Assembly: GCA_965153355.1 (NCBI GenBank)
Contig: OZ231126.1
Coordinates: forward strand, 5,952,001 to 6,016,000
Reading direction: 5' to 3'
DNA: 64,000 bases
DNA from: Flaccisagitta enflata
Taxonomy: Eukaryota
Positions within the stretch are counted from its first letter, which is position 1. Every line of letters begins with the position of its first letter. Below the pieces are notes generated by a model that had not been told where the DNA came from, did no database searches, and saw only the letters and a list, made by a program, of their open reading frames with translations. Below, one piece after another: positions 1 to 12,719 of this stretch. The translations under genes and the position numbers were made by a program.

Positions 1-695
1 GTATTTCGTCATATGTACGTTCTATGGCTTACAGTAACCTTGCCTTTTATAAAATAACAAGTCTCGATGCAAAACCCGATCTTGCTTGGAAAAGCATTTT
101 TACAACTTTCAAGGAGAGTTATTTTTTCAGTAGTTGGTCATTACATTGGTCGGTTTGTCTGTTGGTGCGTTCATTGATTACATCTACTCTGAAATGCTAT
201 TTTTGACGTTGTGAAGGAAAACTATTATTGTGTTCATAGAACTCGGATTTGACCCTAAGACCAGAAATTGACAACCGCATTTGTGGAGTTTTCCATTGTA
301 TTTAACAGGGTGAACAGAAGAAATTTCTCAGTCCTTTCTTAGTCCATTGTTGGAGTGGGATTTAACTGTAGGTTCCTAAGCTTTAAAAAATTAATGCTTT
401 TCTAATTTAATTCGACGAGTAATAAGAGGAGGGTAGTGGGTGTTAACACAGGGGGGGGCAGCAAGGGGGGGGGCTAGGGGGCCCCGCGGTAGCTGTCAAG
501 CCTAGGGCCCCGCGGTAGCTAAGTCCGGCTCAGATTGACACTCTTTCGGGCATGAAACTAATGACGATTAGCCCGCTGATGATACTGAATGCCAAGAACT
601 CATGCATACAAGTAAGTGTTAATCGCTCCTAGATTAGCTTCTTACACCCATGTAACCACCCGCTCTCCTCATCACCGAAGTTATCAGGTTACTAC

Positions 696-1309
696 CTTCG
701 GCTGCTCTTTCGCCGATTTTGTTAATGTTTTCTTGTGTTTCTGCGTCGGCGGCTTTTTCCTCATCGGAGAAGTCTTCGCCTTCCGCAGTTGACGATTCAC
801 ATTCCTCTTTCAGTCTCACTCCTTTCAAATCCTCTCCGCCCGCATTTTCTTTTTCAACCCCGTTGAGAGATCTGACGAGAGAAAAATATGTTGTAGGAAC
901 GACAGTTGCGAAACGGTACAGCAAACTCATTTGCACATGACTGGGAAGTTCGAATACTGTTCATTCCGAACCTGGGATGAGCGCACAATTTGTAATTCAA
1001 AGAAGCTCTATAAACAATGAAATATTCAAATGTAAGAACGAACCCATTTGCGTGTTTAGACATGTTATCCAGCGACGCGTCGCCGTCCCCGTTTTCCACC
1101 GCCTCCACTTTCAACTTTCCATCTCCATCAGACTCGAGAACCATCCCCTCCTCCTCCTCCTCCACCCACTTTCCCTCCTTGCGCGGCAAATCATCATTCT
1201 CGCTCTCATTTCTTTCCTTCTTCTTAACATCATTCCGTTCCTCTTCCACTTTCTCAACCTCATCCTCCTCCCTATCTTCATCCTCATCATCATATTCGTC
1301 GACTTCCTC

Positions 1310-1355
<46 letters not shown>

Positions 1356-4006
1356 GTCAAGTCATCTAAATCCAGGTCTCCTTCACTCAGATCGCTGCTT
1401 TCATCACTATCGTCGTCCTCATCGTCATCATCGCTTCGGCCGTATTCATCATCATCATCGTCGTCGGTGCTGCCTCCATCTTCCTCAGACTCGTCTCCTC
1501 TTCTTCCTCGTGCTCTTCCTCCCCCTCTCCCTTTCCGTCTTCTTCTCCGTCGCATCATCATGAGTTTCCTTCTTCTCATGACAACCGGATCTTCTTCTCT
1601 CAATCCCTTTTTGGCGTTGTCTGTCGAGGGACGCCTTCTCTCACTGACGTTCTTGTTGTCGTCGTTATTGTCCTTGTCAATGTCCTTGTCCTTGTCGTTA
1701 TTGTCCTTGTCATTGTCATTTCTTTCCTTAAGGCAGTTGTCGATTTCAAGGCGGTTGTCGTCATTGTCAGCTTGCAAGCTGTTGTCATTGTCATATCGCG
1801 AGCTGTCGACAATCGCATCGTTGCCGTCTTCAGCAAGATTGTCTCGTTGGGAAGTGACGACTGGATGACTGAAAAAGAAACACAAAAAAAAAGCTGAAAA
1901 ACTAAAGGCCACATCTTAGTTACTTAATTGAAAATAAACCCAGCTACTCGATCAGACCCGGCTACTCGATCAGACCCGGCTACTCGATCAAATCCGGTTA
2001 CTCCATCAAACCCAGCTACTCGATCAAACCCGGCTACTTGATCAAACCCGGCTACTCGATCAAACCTGGCTACTCGATCAGATCCAGCTACTCGATCAGA
2101 TTCAGCTACTCCATTAGACCCGGCTACTGCATCAGACCCAGCTACTCAAACAGACCCGGCAACTTGATCAGACTTGGTTACTTGATCAAACCATAATGGC
2201 ATACCTTGAAGTCCATGATGGCATACCTTGAAGTCCATGATGGCATACCTTGAAGTCCATGATGGCATACCTTGAAGTCCATGATAGCATACCTAAAAGT
2301 GTAACAATAAAAGAAGATAACCACAAAAAAAAAAAATTTTTCAAAAAAAATTTTTTTTTTTCAAAAAAAAATTTTTTTTCTCAAAATTTTTTTTTTTAAG
2401 TCCAGGAAATAATGTTACTAGACTAGATAAATCATAAATACCCTTATATCTTCTTAGCCAATACTCAGAATTTACTGAAATCTTGCAGGGGAGCTTTAAT
2501 TGCTGCAATGAACCTTCACAACAAGTTTGAACAACATTGGTGAACCTTTACTACCCTTCCCCTATGTAAATTGCACAAGTCCAGGAATCAATATTACTAG
2601 CAAAATACCCTAATATCTTCTAAACCAATACTCAGAGTTATCTGAAATCTTGCAGGGGAGCTTTAATTGATGCAATGAACCTTCACAACAAGTTTGAACA
2701 ACATTGGTGAACCTTTACTACCCTTTCCCTATGTAAATTGCACAAGTCCAGGAATTATTACTACAAAAATAATAGGCAAAGGGTATTAAATATTTATGAA
2801 TGTTGTTGAAAGTTGGTACACAGGTTAGTAATGCCCTAAAAATATCACTGACCAAGTTTCATCAACATCTGAGTACTGGTTCTCAAGTTTTCAAGGGTTG
2901 ACACGACGACAACGGCTTACTACACGATCAAGGCTATGTTATAGACCACATCGAGAAATAACTCGATGTGGCCAAAAACACATAACGAGAATGAGGTATC
3001 CATCATATTCACAAACCTTTTCATTTCAATATATATATTTCCTACACCTTGCATCCCCATTACAACATTACCCCTTAAAGCAATATCATCATCATTTTCA
3101 TTTACCTTCGCAAACAACATCATCATCATCATCGATCATCGTCATATTTCATCTAGAATACTTTTAATGACTAACGTCATCATCAATAACATCATCATCA
3201 ATAACATGATCATCACTAACATGATCATCACCATCGCTGATCACTGACACGGGAAACGAACCGGTCAAGTTCCTTTCCGATTCGTTGAGTTTCTTGCTTT
3301 CGCGTTTCCGAGGAGCTCCTGTGTCCATTTGGTCGCTGATGATTGGACTTGGTCATCTGCTCTCGCTTGGGTTCGATCGAGACTGGCTTTACCTCCGGCC
3401 CTAGATGGCGTGCGGTCTTCGGAGATGATTCTCGGCCGCTGACCGCCCACACGATTCTGAGGGAGGCAGCAACGGAAATCCGCTTACAGCGCAAAATTGC
3501 TTGCAATGCATATCCGCGTATACTGGATATCTGCTTGTAACGGACATCCGCACAGAGCAGAAATCCACTTCTAACCAAACCACGCTTAAGAAGAATATCC
3601 GCTTATAACGGATATCCGCTTTTACGAATATCCACTTATAAATATAACGGACACAACTCACAGATACCATGTAAATTAAAGGCCAGTCCATATCAGCACC
3701 GGCCAAAAACCAACCTGTTGAGGCAGTGGCGCAAAAGATGGGAAAAGAGGGAGACTGCGAATGCGAGAGCGTGACGATTTCGAGCCGTCTTCTCCTCTTC
3801 CTCCTCCTCCTCTTCTTCAGGGTCAGTCGCGATGATAGACTTTGCCGCGTCCTGAAAAAAACAAGAGAAGATAAGGAAGCGCAGCAACCATCACTAAAAT
3901 TGCGAAGAGACAATCATGCAGAATGCATATACTAGGCGACGTTTGGCCCTCAAAACTTCATACTGTCACAGCACAGCTACAGGGGACTAATTGGCGTTTT
4001 AGCGTG

Positions 4007-4039
<33 letters not shown>

Positions 4040-7000
4040 GTCCGGAGGAATCATGTCCGGTTGTTTATTGAATTACGTTCAGCTTCACATACAATGTAAG
4101 GAGAGGCTATGTGCCCACACATTTGGCGCAATCATCGGGCAATGTCAGATTCCGCATCATGATGTCATGTGGCCTACCCTCCCTCTAGCTAGCTAGCATT
4201 ATTGCTGGAATTATCCAGGAAACCCGTGTAATTCCTTGTTCAAGGATTTGCCTTTCAACCTCCGTTGAAAAGACTCGCCCATGACAGGAATCGAACCTGT
4301 GACCCAGAGGATCACAAGCCCACTCTCTTCCACTGAGCTAACTCCCCCCGCCCCTTTAGCGTGCTTACAATTATAGTTGACGCTCCCCTACCTGCAGGCG
4401 ATGGTTGACCATAATGACGATCAAAGTGAGTTTAAATAAAATAGCCGAGTCTAGAAACGCGGGCCTATCCTCGTCCGCGAAATTCAATTCCCATCCCACG
4501 CTGAAGCAATCGAAATCTGAAGCCAACAAAATCAATAGATCAAGAGATCAATAAAAGATCATGTCGATGATTGACTGCAAAAATCACAGCATCATAGCAT
4601 CCTCCGTTTCATTGGGCATAAACACAGGGTTTTACCGGTGGCCTCTTGGGCGCTTCTGCTTGCGTCAGGCCGAAAGTAAAGGCAAGAATTCAACTCGGTT
4701 AACTCCTCCTAGAGGACATAAGATAAAGATCAAGGACAATCTCATTGACGGTATGGTCATAAGATAAAGCTTGAAGACTATGCAATTCTAAAGATAATAC
4801 TATTATGCTATTATCATAGGCACGCTGAAAGAGATACCAGGGCATGCTCAAGTCCAGAAGTATTTTCATTCTTTCCGTTTTACGGACCTGACAAAGTTGT
4901 TGAATCTTGTTGGGGCCGAGTCTTTGTTTGTTATCCATGAAAACGGACATCAAGTCGAGGAATCCGATGAGGCATCGTTTAAGGCGACGGACGCGCGCGA
5001 ACCGTGAAACACCGCGGGACTCGTATCGACGATTGATCCTTTGACGTCTGGAAAGAAGGAAGAATTTACGGTCAGTGGACAAAATGTACAAGGAAAAAAG
5101 ATACCGTAGATCTCGTTTAGACTTAAGATAACGAGGGCGAGCATTACAGAAAAATAAACAAAGCCAGGAGAGTGATACTTGTAACATAGATAAATAAAAG
5201 GATGTTTTATTGCCCATGATAGCTGGTTGCCATGAAAACTCATTATCATTTATTTTTAGTCGCGTGCTGCGCGACTCTACACCCCGCTTTGTCGGTCCGT
5301 CCTTCGGTCCGTCCGTCCGTCACACTTTACTTTTTTTTGGTTTTTGCGGTCTTTGGCCTCACTGCTCCTGCCCAAGTGATTAAGTGACCTCAAATACGGC
5401 CCCTGCCCACCCGCACGCGACTGGGGTAGCCGTGTATTTGGCCTTGTTGTAGAGAAGTAAACATCACTTGGTCCCCTATAGAAACGAGCAAAAAAGACTG
5501 TTTCGGGATTTTATACATGGCTTGAATATGAGCCCAAGCAATATTAAATGCTAAATTATATTCTAGTAAAGTGTTTTCTAGTCATTCATAGCCAAAATAA
5601 TCCTTTGGTTAATTTTTTTGTTAAAAAAAATAGAGTTAAGAATATCAGAATTGAAGAAGCTTAGAAGTTAGGGTTGTCATGGCCCAACCAGGCAGCGTTG
5701 AGTCGAGTTGAGTCAGCCCTTATATCTCCAAAGCCTGGTGCTTCCGTATCTGTTTTCGTTTTCATTCCACGACGACGCCCTTAGACGCCATAAAAAAAGA
5801 AACAGCATATGACTTTGCAAAAGCTACAACCAAATTGTTGCGAGGAATGTCGCACATTTTGCTTGTTCCCTTTCTTGGATATCTATTAGCGCATGTCTTT
5901 ACCCGTTTTTGTCCACGACGGAATATCATTCCGACGGGGACTACTGTATAATTCAAGGCGGGTGGGTGTCGTCGTCGTTGTCGTCGTTGTCGTCGTCGTT
6001 GTCGTCGTTGTTTTAGTCGTCGTTGTTGTTGTCACAGACACACAGATTTTAAAAAATGGATTACTTTTTTTTGCTTCGACCGATTTGGTTCATATAAGGT
6101 GGGAAATTGTACTAGGGTAAGGCGCTTCACATCCTATCCAATTTTTGTTATCCGACAAACCCAACTGGCCCAACCAGCCTACTGGCTTAAAAGTGAAAAA
6201 CATGCATAACTTTGGTATTTTTCAACCGATTTGTTTGAAAATTGGTATGGAGTCTCTAAATGAAACGACTCTACATATGTATGTATATTTATATGCATTT
6301 GAGCATGCTAACCGGCCAAACCAGCTTACCACCCAACCAGCCTAACAGCCTAAAAGTGAAAAACTTGCATAACTTGGTCATTTTTCAACTTATTTGGTTG
6401 AAACTTGGTATGGAGTCTCTAAATGGAAGAACTCAACATATGCACACTATTTGTCCTGTCAAACCAGCCTACCACCCAACCAGCCTACCAGCCTAACAGC
6501 CTAAAAGTGAAAAATGTGCATATCTTTGGCATTTTTCAACCAATTTGGTTGAAATTTGGTGTGGAGTTTCTAAATAGAAGGACTCAACACATGTATGTGA
6601 TTCATTTGCATTTGAGCATGCTAACCTGCCAAACCGACCTACCATCCAACCAGCCTACGGGCCTAAAAGCGAAAAACTTGCATTACTTGGACATTTTTCA
6701 ACTAATTTGGTTGAAACTTGGTATGGAGTTTCTAAATGGAAGAACTCAACATATGCACACGATTTATCCTTTCAAACCAGCCTACCAACCAACCAGCCTA
6801 CTAGCCTAAAGGTGAAAAACGTGCATAACTTTGCCATTTTTCAACTGATTGGCTTGAAACTTTGTATAACGACTCTAAATAGAAAGATTTATAGTTCAAA
6901 CAAACTTATAGGGTTAGCGATCTTTTGGTCATAGCAATCTTATGGAATTGGTGATCTTTAACCCCCCTCCGTGGTGGACCCAATTACTGTTCAGACTTTT

Positions 7001-10000
7001 TACAATGGCTGAAGTCGCCACTTGCAAGAATTTATCAAAATTTCATGTCATCTCCTATTGGAGCGAATGGCAATTCCTGGAAATTGTGAGAGAACTTCTG
7101 TCTTTTGAAAGATGCCCTTAGTCTTTGCGCAAAAACTTGCTGAAAGGTAAAAAAAAATTAGTGAATATACATTTATGACAAATACAGCAAGCATATGTTA
7201 GTTACCGTGAATGACACACTAACTGTTCTTCTTTATCGTAAAAGTCGTGATGCTGTTTCTTATTATATTGGTTATGAAGTTAGCGTTTTTTTTTGTAGTT
7301 GGGCCTTTTCCTAGTATTCATTTTGGCAATGCCGTTCAATGCATTTTTTAATGAAAATGATCAATTTCCCTTCTTACCCGATTAAAAAATGTGCTAGTCT
7401 TTATTGGCAAAACTTGTACATTGATTAGCTCAAGAAAAGAGAGGAGGTGATCGCAACAAAAGTAGGCAGAAACATCCAAAAGGGCGATTTTTTGAATTTT
7501 CAGTTGCAAGGACATAAAATAAGAAAAAGTTTATGTCACGAGGTATCAAATGAAAGCCCTTGCAATACTGCATCGACTCGTACCAGACATTAGGGGTTTG
7601 GGGAAAAAATTCTTTTTTCGTTTACATTGCTAATTTTTGCTAAAATATCAATATTTAGAGAAATTTTTGGAGAGAATATTTCTTAAAATCAAATTCACTA
7701 AAAATTTTTGACAGTATATTCCGTAAGAATGTCGCTCATTTAGCAGTTGCTAGGGGCTGTCACACATGGATATGCTCCCTAGCAACGGCCAAACGAGCAA
7801 CATTCTTACAAATCATATTGTGGGAAAGTTGTAGCAAATTTGATTTCTACCAATGTTGCTTAAAAAAATCTTTCAAAATATTGATATTTTTGCGAGAATA
7901 CATAGAAATATGTTTCCATGACAACCAATCATTATGGGGAATAAATCATTCTTTTATTAATTTATATTTCAAATATCAGTCTTTATTTCTTTATTTTTTT
8001 ATTTCTTTATTTCTCTTCCCATTATCCTTACACCCGTTATCTCAAGTCTTGCCGAGACTTACTGTAAAAATCAATAATCAATACACAATTTCATTTCATT
8101 TCTATTATTTTGTTATCCAACTGTGAAAAATGAAAGAAGATAAAAGCCGATCCTGTTTCGAGAGAACCCAAGTGACATGGCATCTCAGCATACCTTAGTA
8201 TGTCCATGTGTCTGCGGTGATTCCTGTCCAACAACTTGGTCAAGTTGGCTTGGGCGCCGTCGAAAGGATGCGGACTCAGCAAACAGCGAAGGTAAGAGTA
8301 GGCGGCGTCTAAACCGTAATTCTTGGAGGCGGCCAATGTACCCAACTGATTGTGGGGCATTCCGAGTTCCGGTAAGAAATGAATCGCCTGTTCATGGGTA
8401 GAATTAGTTTGGTTAGTATTTCAACTTTTACAGCAAATGAAAATGGCGCTATGAGCGGTCGGTCGGTCTGTCACCTCATCCATTGTACCACAACTCCTGA
8501 GGGCATTTCCATAGATCACCTGGCCGTAGTATCTTTCAGCTAAAACTCGGCTTCGTGTTCCATCAAAGTCTTGCTGATATCTGAAATGGTGAAGAAACGG
8601 AACAACAGTTTAGGGAATCTTCCGACGACCTCAAAATGCATATCTCGTGAAACCATTTGCTGAACAAGCACAAACCTGGCCAAATCTCCGAGATAATTGA
8701 GGCAGCGGTGAATGCACTTGAGGAACCAAAGGGCCAATTCATTTTCCTCCTTTTTCTCTTGGTCGTCTTCTTCTTCCTCATTCTTGCCGTCTTCCGCCTT
8801 TTTCTTTTGTTGTTGTTGGTCTTCTTTATCGGCTTTTTCCTTCCGCTCTTCGCGAAGGAGAATGGCTTTGGAGGATTCGTCGCGAATGTCACTCGAATTG
8901 GCGGAACATGGAATGTCGATGCATCCTGGGGAACATGTAAATTAGACGAAAATTAGAACGTGAAGAATAAAAGGGTCCTCGTAAAAAGACAATGTAACAA
9001 CATACAGTCGAACCTTGCAAGATGGACCCACTAAGAAGGCATACCCGCTTTAAAAGGGATAACATTTCCAGTCTTAATGAACAAATCATTGTTTTTTTTT
9101 TTTAAAGGCAATAAGACAGCTTCACTATGTTTACCTCCAACGCGCCTGACTCGTAGCTCCGTTTGTACTTTGAGCAGTAGTCCGTGGTAGATTCCATTGG
9201 CGGCCACTAGATGAGATCTCACGCTGGCCTCCAGGCCGCTGTTTGGTCGAATATACTTTAAATTCTTGCGCATCAACAAGATGACGTCGTAAAAGCATTT
9301 CCGCCACAAAATGTCCTCCGCTTTACGAGAATATTCTAACCGGAAATGGAAGGATTGACCGATCGTGTATATTACTGTCACGCGCACGCTGCTACACCGA
9401 TGTGGAATCAGGGTTAATCCCCGAATAGCCCGAGAGAAATTATGACAGCGTTCTACGTATTTACAGTTTGTCCATAGACGTGTCTACAGATGTGTCCACA
9501 GATGTGTCCACGGATGTGTCCACAGATGTGTCCACAGATATCATGACGACCTGATTCCTCAGATCATTTCAAAATTTAAACGAAATTTACACGAAATTTA
9601 CACGAGATTCACACGAGATTCAACGATATCAACGCACTTGAAACTCTTATTCCAACAAAATCAACAAGTCGAAGATGAGTCAGTTTGTTTCAGTAAATAA
9701 GCTTTTAATCCACGATGAAACTTAATCTACTTTATGAATTTTGACAATAACAAAGCAGTTTTTCCAAGTGACTAATGGGGATTGTTCTTTTCTTGCACTC
9801 AAAAGAGATCTTTTCTTTCGTGATTTCAATATGCAAATTGGGAATTTATGTTTCCTAACGGATGTTCACAATTGAAGGTCCGGATGTCCATTACTAGGCT
9901 TGTTTTTCTGCCGATCTCAAGTCAAAAAGATGATCAATAAAATCAGGCGTGTCGATATGTTTTTGTTATGTTTTTTTTTTTTTTTTTTTTTGATATACAT

Positions 10001-10883
10001 ATGAAGATAGAAACGTGGGCAAAAGACAAAAAATCACTACGATTTTTTTTTACCGATGGTATCTTTGGTGGTGTTGACGATGATTCTCTCGCAGTATTGT
10101 TGGATCTTGCATCTGACGAAAATGGCTTCGGGTGAAAAGAGTCGCGACAACATCGCCTGTTTCCGCTCCGTCCGAGACGGCTGGGAAGCAAATAAGGGAA
10201 TGGATAAGACAATGGAGATGGCGTTGAAGCAAATCTGCCCAAAAAGCTCCACCTCCCCCGAGCTAGTCAACGAAATAAAACGCCCTCGCCTACGCGGCGC
10301 CAAATTACGCGGCTTACCATCTTGGGCGCGGCGTTGACGTCGGTTTTGTCGGCGTCGCCTTTAATAAGACTTCCGGTGGCGTGAGTCACGCTCTTGCCGC
10401 CAATTAAAACCGTCGATGGCGCCCTGAAACATTCCATGACCAACATTTCGTTAGTTTTGAGTTCGTTCTTGCGTTTAATTTCCAAGCAATAGCACCTCTT
10501 TAACTGGCTGTGTCCGTCGGTTGGTTGGTCGGTCCGTCTGTCGGTAACGCATTCGTTCGACGATCCACACGTCGCAGCTTATTGGGCTACTTGGCCTTGT
10601 TCTTTCATTTTCATATTTGTAGATTGCAGATATTTCAATTTTATCCCATATCCCATATCACACCCGACGTTGCTCGGAAACTTTTTCAAGATCGATCGAC
10701 CAATAGACCGATCAACAAATCCTTACAGGGTCACCAATCAGTCACAAGTTGTCAGACGTTGAAAGTACGTTCGCACCTGGCGTCGATTTGTCGACTCTCT
10801 TCGATTCCATCTTGCATGGCTTTGTCGAGTTTCTTGACGGCCTCTTGGACGGACCGAAATGTCCGACGAAGGTCAAACTCCAT
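696..10883 (-). CDS. SMG5: Nonsense-mediated decay factor SMG5 (EST1B)-like, 3'-partial. Exons: 10777-10883, 10318-10423, 10054-10180, 9135-9335, 8676-8925, 8520-8580, 8194-8387, 4888-5047, 4636-4708, 4392-4516, 3715-3851, 3262-3456, 1044-1868, ~696-871
   Basis: Phase-consistent GT-AG exons give LRRTFRSVQEAVKKLD, EYSRKAEDILWRKCFYDVI, CIHRCLNYLGDLARY, LAERYYGQAIHFLPELGMPHNQLGTLA, ALAFAVSLFSHL and an acidic linker with SDLSEG. These are collinear with the EST1/14-3-3-like region of vertebrate SMG5. The PIN domain is not in the window, and the last donor is tentative. Confidence 0.9.
1900..2980 (-). mobile_element. Non-autonomous Helentron/DINE-like element with internal 18-bp, 21-bp and ~148-bp tandem repeats
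   Basis: Terminal hairpin CCACATCGAG-aaataa-CTCGATGTGG, with GGCCACATC repeated at the other end. Internal GACCCGGCTACTCGATCA and ATGGCATACCTTGAAGTCC arrays. Homologous to 27520-28800. Confidence 0.7.
4007..4354 (-). mobile_element. tRNA-derived SINE with (AAC)n tail and 9-bp target-site duplication
   Basis: Minus-strand head has A box TAGCTCAGTGG and B box GGTTCGATTCC, followed by a ~230-bp body and an (AAC)n tail. TTTAGCGTG flanks it at 3998-4006 and 4355-4363. Confidence 0.85.
5255..5448 (+). mobile_element. Short DINE-1/HINE-like element with (GTCC)n; related copies at 24546-24749(-), 27163-27349, 42505-42662, 47623-47786(-), 52105-52262
   Basis: Subterminal inverted repeat AGTCGCGTGC / GCACGCGACT, GTCY microsatellite, 3' end GCCGTGTAT(CC/TT)GGCCTTGTT, T-rich insertion sites. 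Confidence 0.75.
5905..6992 (+). mobile_element. DINE/Helentron-like element with (GTC/GTT)n and ~150-190-bp internal tandem repeats
   Basis: 5' GTCCACGACGGA is inverted at 3' TCCGTGGTGGAC. About five repeats of CCAACCAGCCTA...AAAGTGAAAAAC...AAACTTGGTATGGAG. Confidence 0.65.
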
Positions 10884-12719
10884 CTTGGATGTCGACAAGC
10901 TGAACGGAAAATAGGACATCCTGTCATCATCAGTACGTGTCCATCGATTATGTCGTTTTGTCGATTTCACCCCAAATGAGTGAGCGAAAGGGTCAACAGA
11001 CCGACTCAGCCCGGTTTCAAAGCGACATCGAAGCATGGATAACCACGTCCTAACTTTTGTACATCCCGCATGGACAAAGGAAAATCATATGACTGAATCT
11101 TAACTAACGTTTCTATAACGAAGAGCGCTAGTGGTGGTTGACAGTTACCTGTACTGTAGTCAGCTGTGGTACAAAAACGTCCTCTTTCCTCCCGAGAGGA
11201 CCCCTCAATGGCCTTTTTCAAGAAATTTCCATAACTGGATTTCGCCACCGACACCACAATAACGATTCTATGCGCGGCATCTGAGTTTTTTTCACTCTCT
11301 CATTGAACTCAAATCTAAACATTAAAACGAAATATATCTAACGGGCTAGGAGCAAATACGGCCATAAAGTTGCAGATCAGCAATGAGAGAGCTGCACGGA
11401 TGAACACGGAGATCGAACTCTGATTAGATACTATCCAAATAGTGGGACTTCTCAAACCGCCTAATATCATTTTCAAAATTTCAACAAGCTTTTGTCATTG
11501 CGATCTGGTTGCATTGTGTTCATAGTTTTTCCACGACATTTCAAAGACGCATCTCAAACGATTGCCATACCCTTGTCCAACGCCATTGTTTCTCAACAAC
11601 ATTCAAAACTTAAAATCTACAAATTGGGAGAGAAATGCAAATAAAGGGAGTGGATTATTGTGTGAATCAGTTTATTGTAATTCTGGAGACTGCGACAAAT
11701 TATTGCAGAGCTCTAAGATATGGAAGAACGGATGATTGCATCTGGATGGAATCATTGCATTATTGAGGGAGAATAAATGGCCCAAAGTGAGTGAATCTGC
11801 AAATCAATCAATCAATCAATCAGTCAATCATCAGTGAATAAAGGAAAATGTAGGCACAAAAGTGAAAATGTAGACCTGGATTTCAATCACTCGCAAAACA
11901 AAATTAAACCGGTTATGTTTAGCAAATAAGGCTTTCTAATGGTCGTGCAGGGCGGATAAGGCGCAAACACCAGGAAATGCATTTGTGACGGCGTTTAAGG
12001 TATGTGTCCACGGTCCGTTTTTTAATGAATCAAACAATTCATGGTAAATTGCTAATGTCATCTGTGCTCATAGCATTCACGCCAGTAAAGGAAAGAACTT
12101 TGCGCCTATTGAAGGTAGATTTCAAAACGATTGATTTACATTTTCTTTACGTCACTGTCATCTTGCAACTACTATCGTGTAAGGCGTGGCTGGTTAAAAA
12201 AAATAATTCGCATCCACAAAAGTGGGACTTATCACAGACAAGGAAACCACTATAGGCTAAAAGCGCAATTTAAAATCAGGAGGAGGAAGCATGAAAAGTT
12301 GCCCGTAACAGATCTACCACTGCTATAAATGATGTTCGAGTGAAGTTTGAACAAGATAAGAATCACAGTATCGTCGGGGTTCGCAACAGGGCATTTACGA
12401 AAGATTGGGAAATGTGGGGGAAGGTGGGGGAAAGGGATAATGCGTTTCAACTAAAAAGATTAATACACTCTTGTTGACGCTTGTTGTAAACAAACTGAAA
12501 TACAGGTGATGTTCTCAAACAAGTAACGTGAGAAATGGTTGATAGCAATGAACGCGAGTGCGCGATCAGTCTGTATGAATTCCATTTACTACCATCGATA
12601 ATATAACGACAGTCCGTAGTTTACGCCTCTCATGAGGTTTGACAGGGTTCAAGGCCAAACCAACGCAAAACGATGAACGATGATCTAATTTCAAATCTTC
12701 GCCCTTTCACAGTCTTCAT

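Noticed and set aside
977-1868. Plus-strand poly-Ser and poly-Ile ORFs, and similar antisense ORFs at 20691-22175 and 29552-31236
   Set aside because: Shadows of low-complexity minus-strand exons.
4275-4350. tRNA gene
   Set aside because: Acceptor and anticodon stems do not pair properly; the tail and TSD identify it as a SINE head.
6145-6934. Repeating ORFs
   Set aside because: Internal tandem repeats of a non-autonomous element; no transposase motifs.
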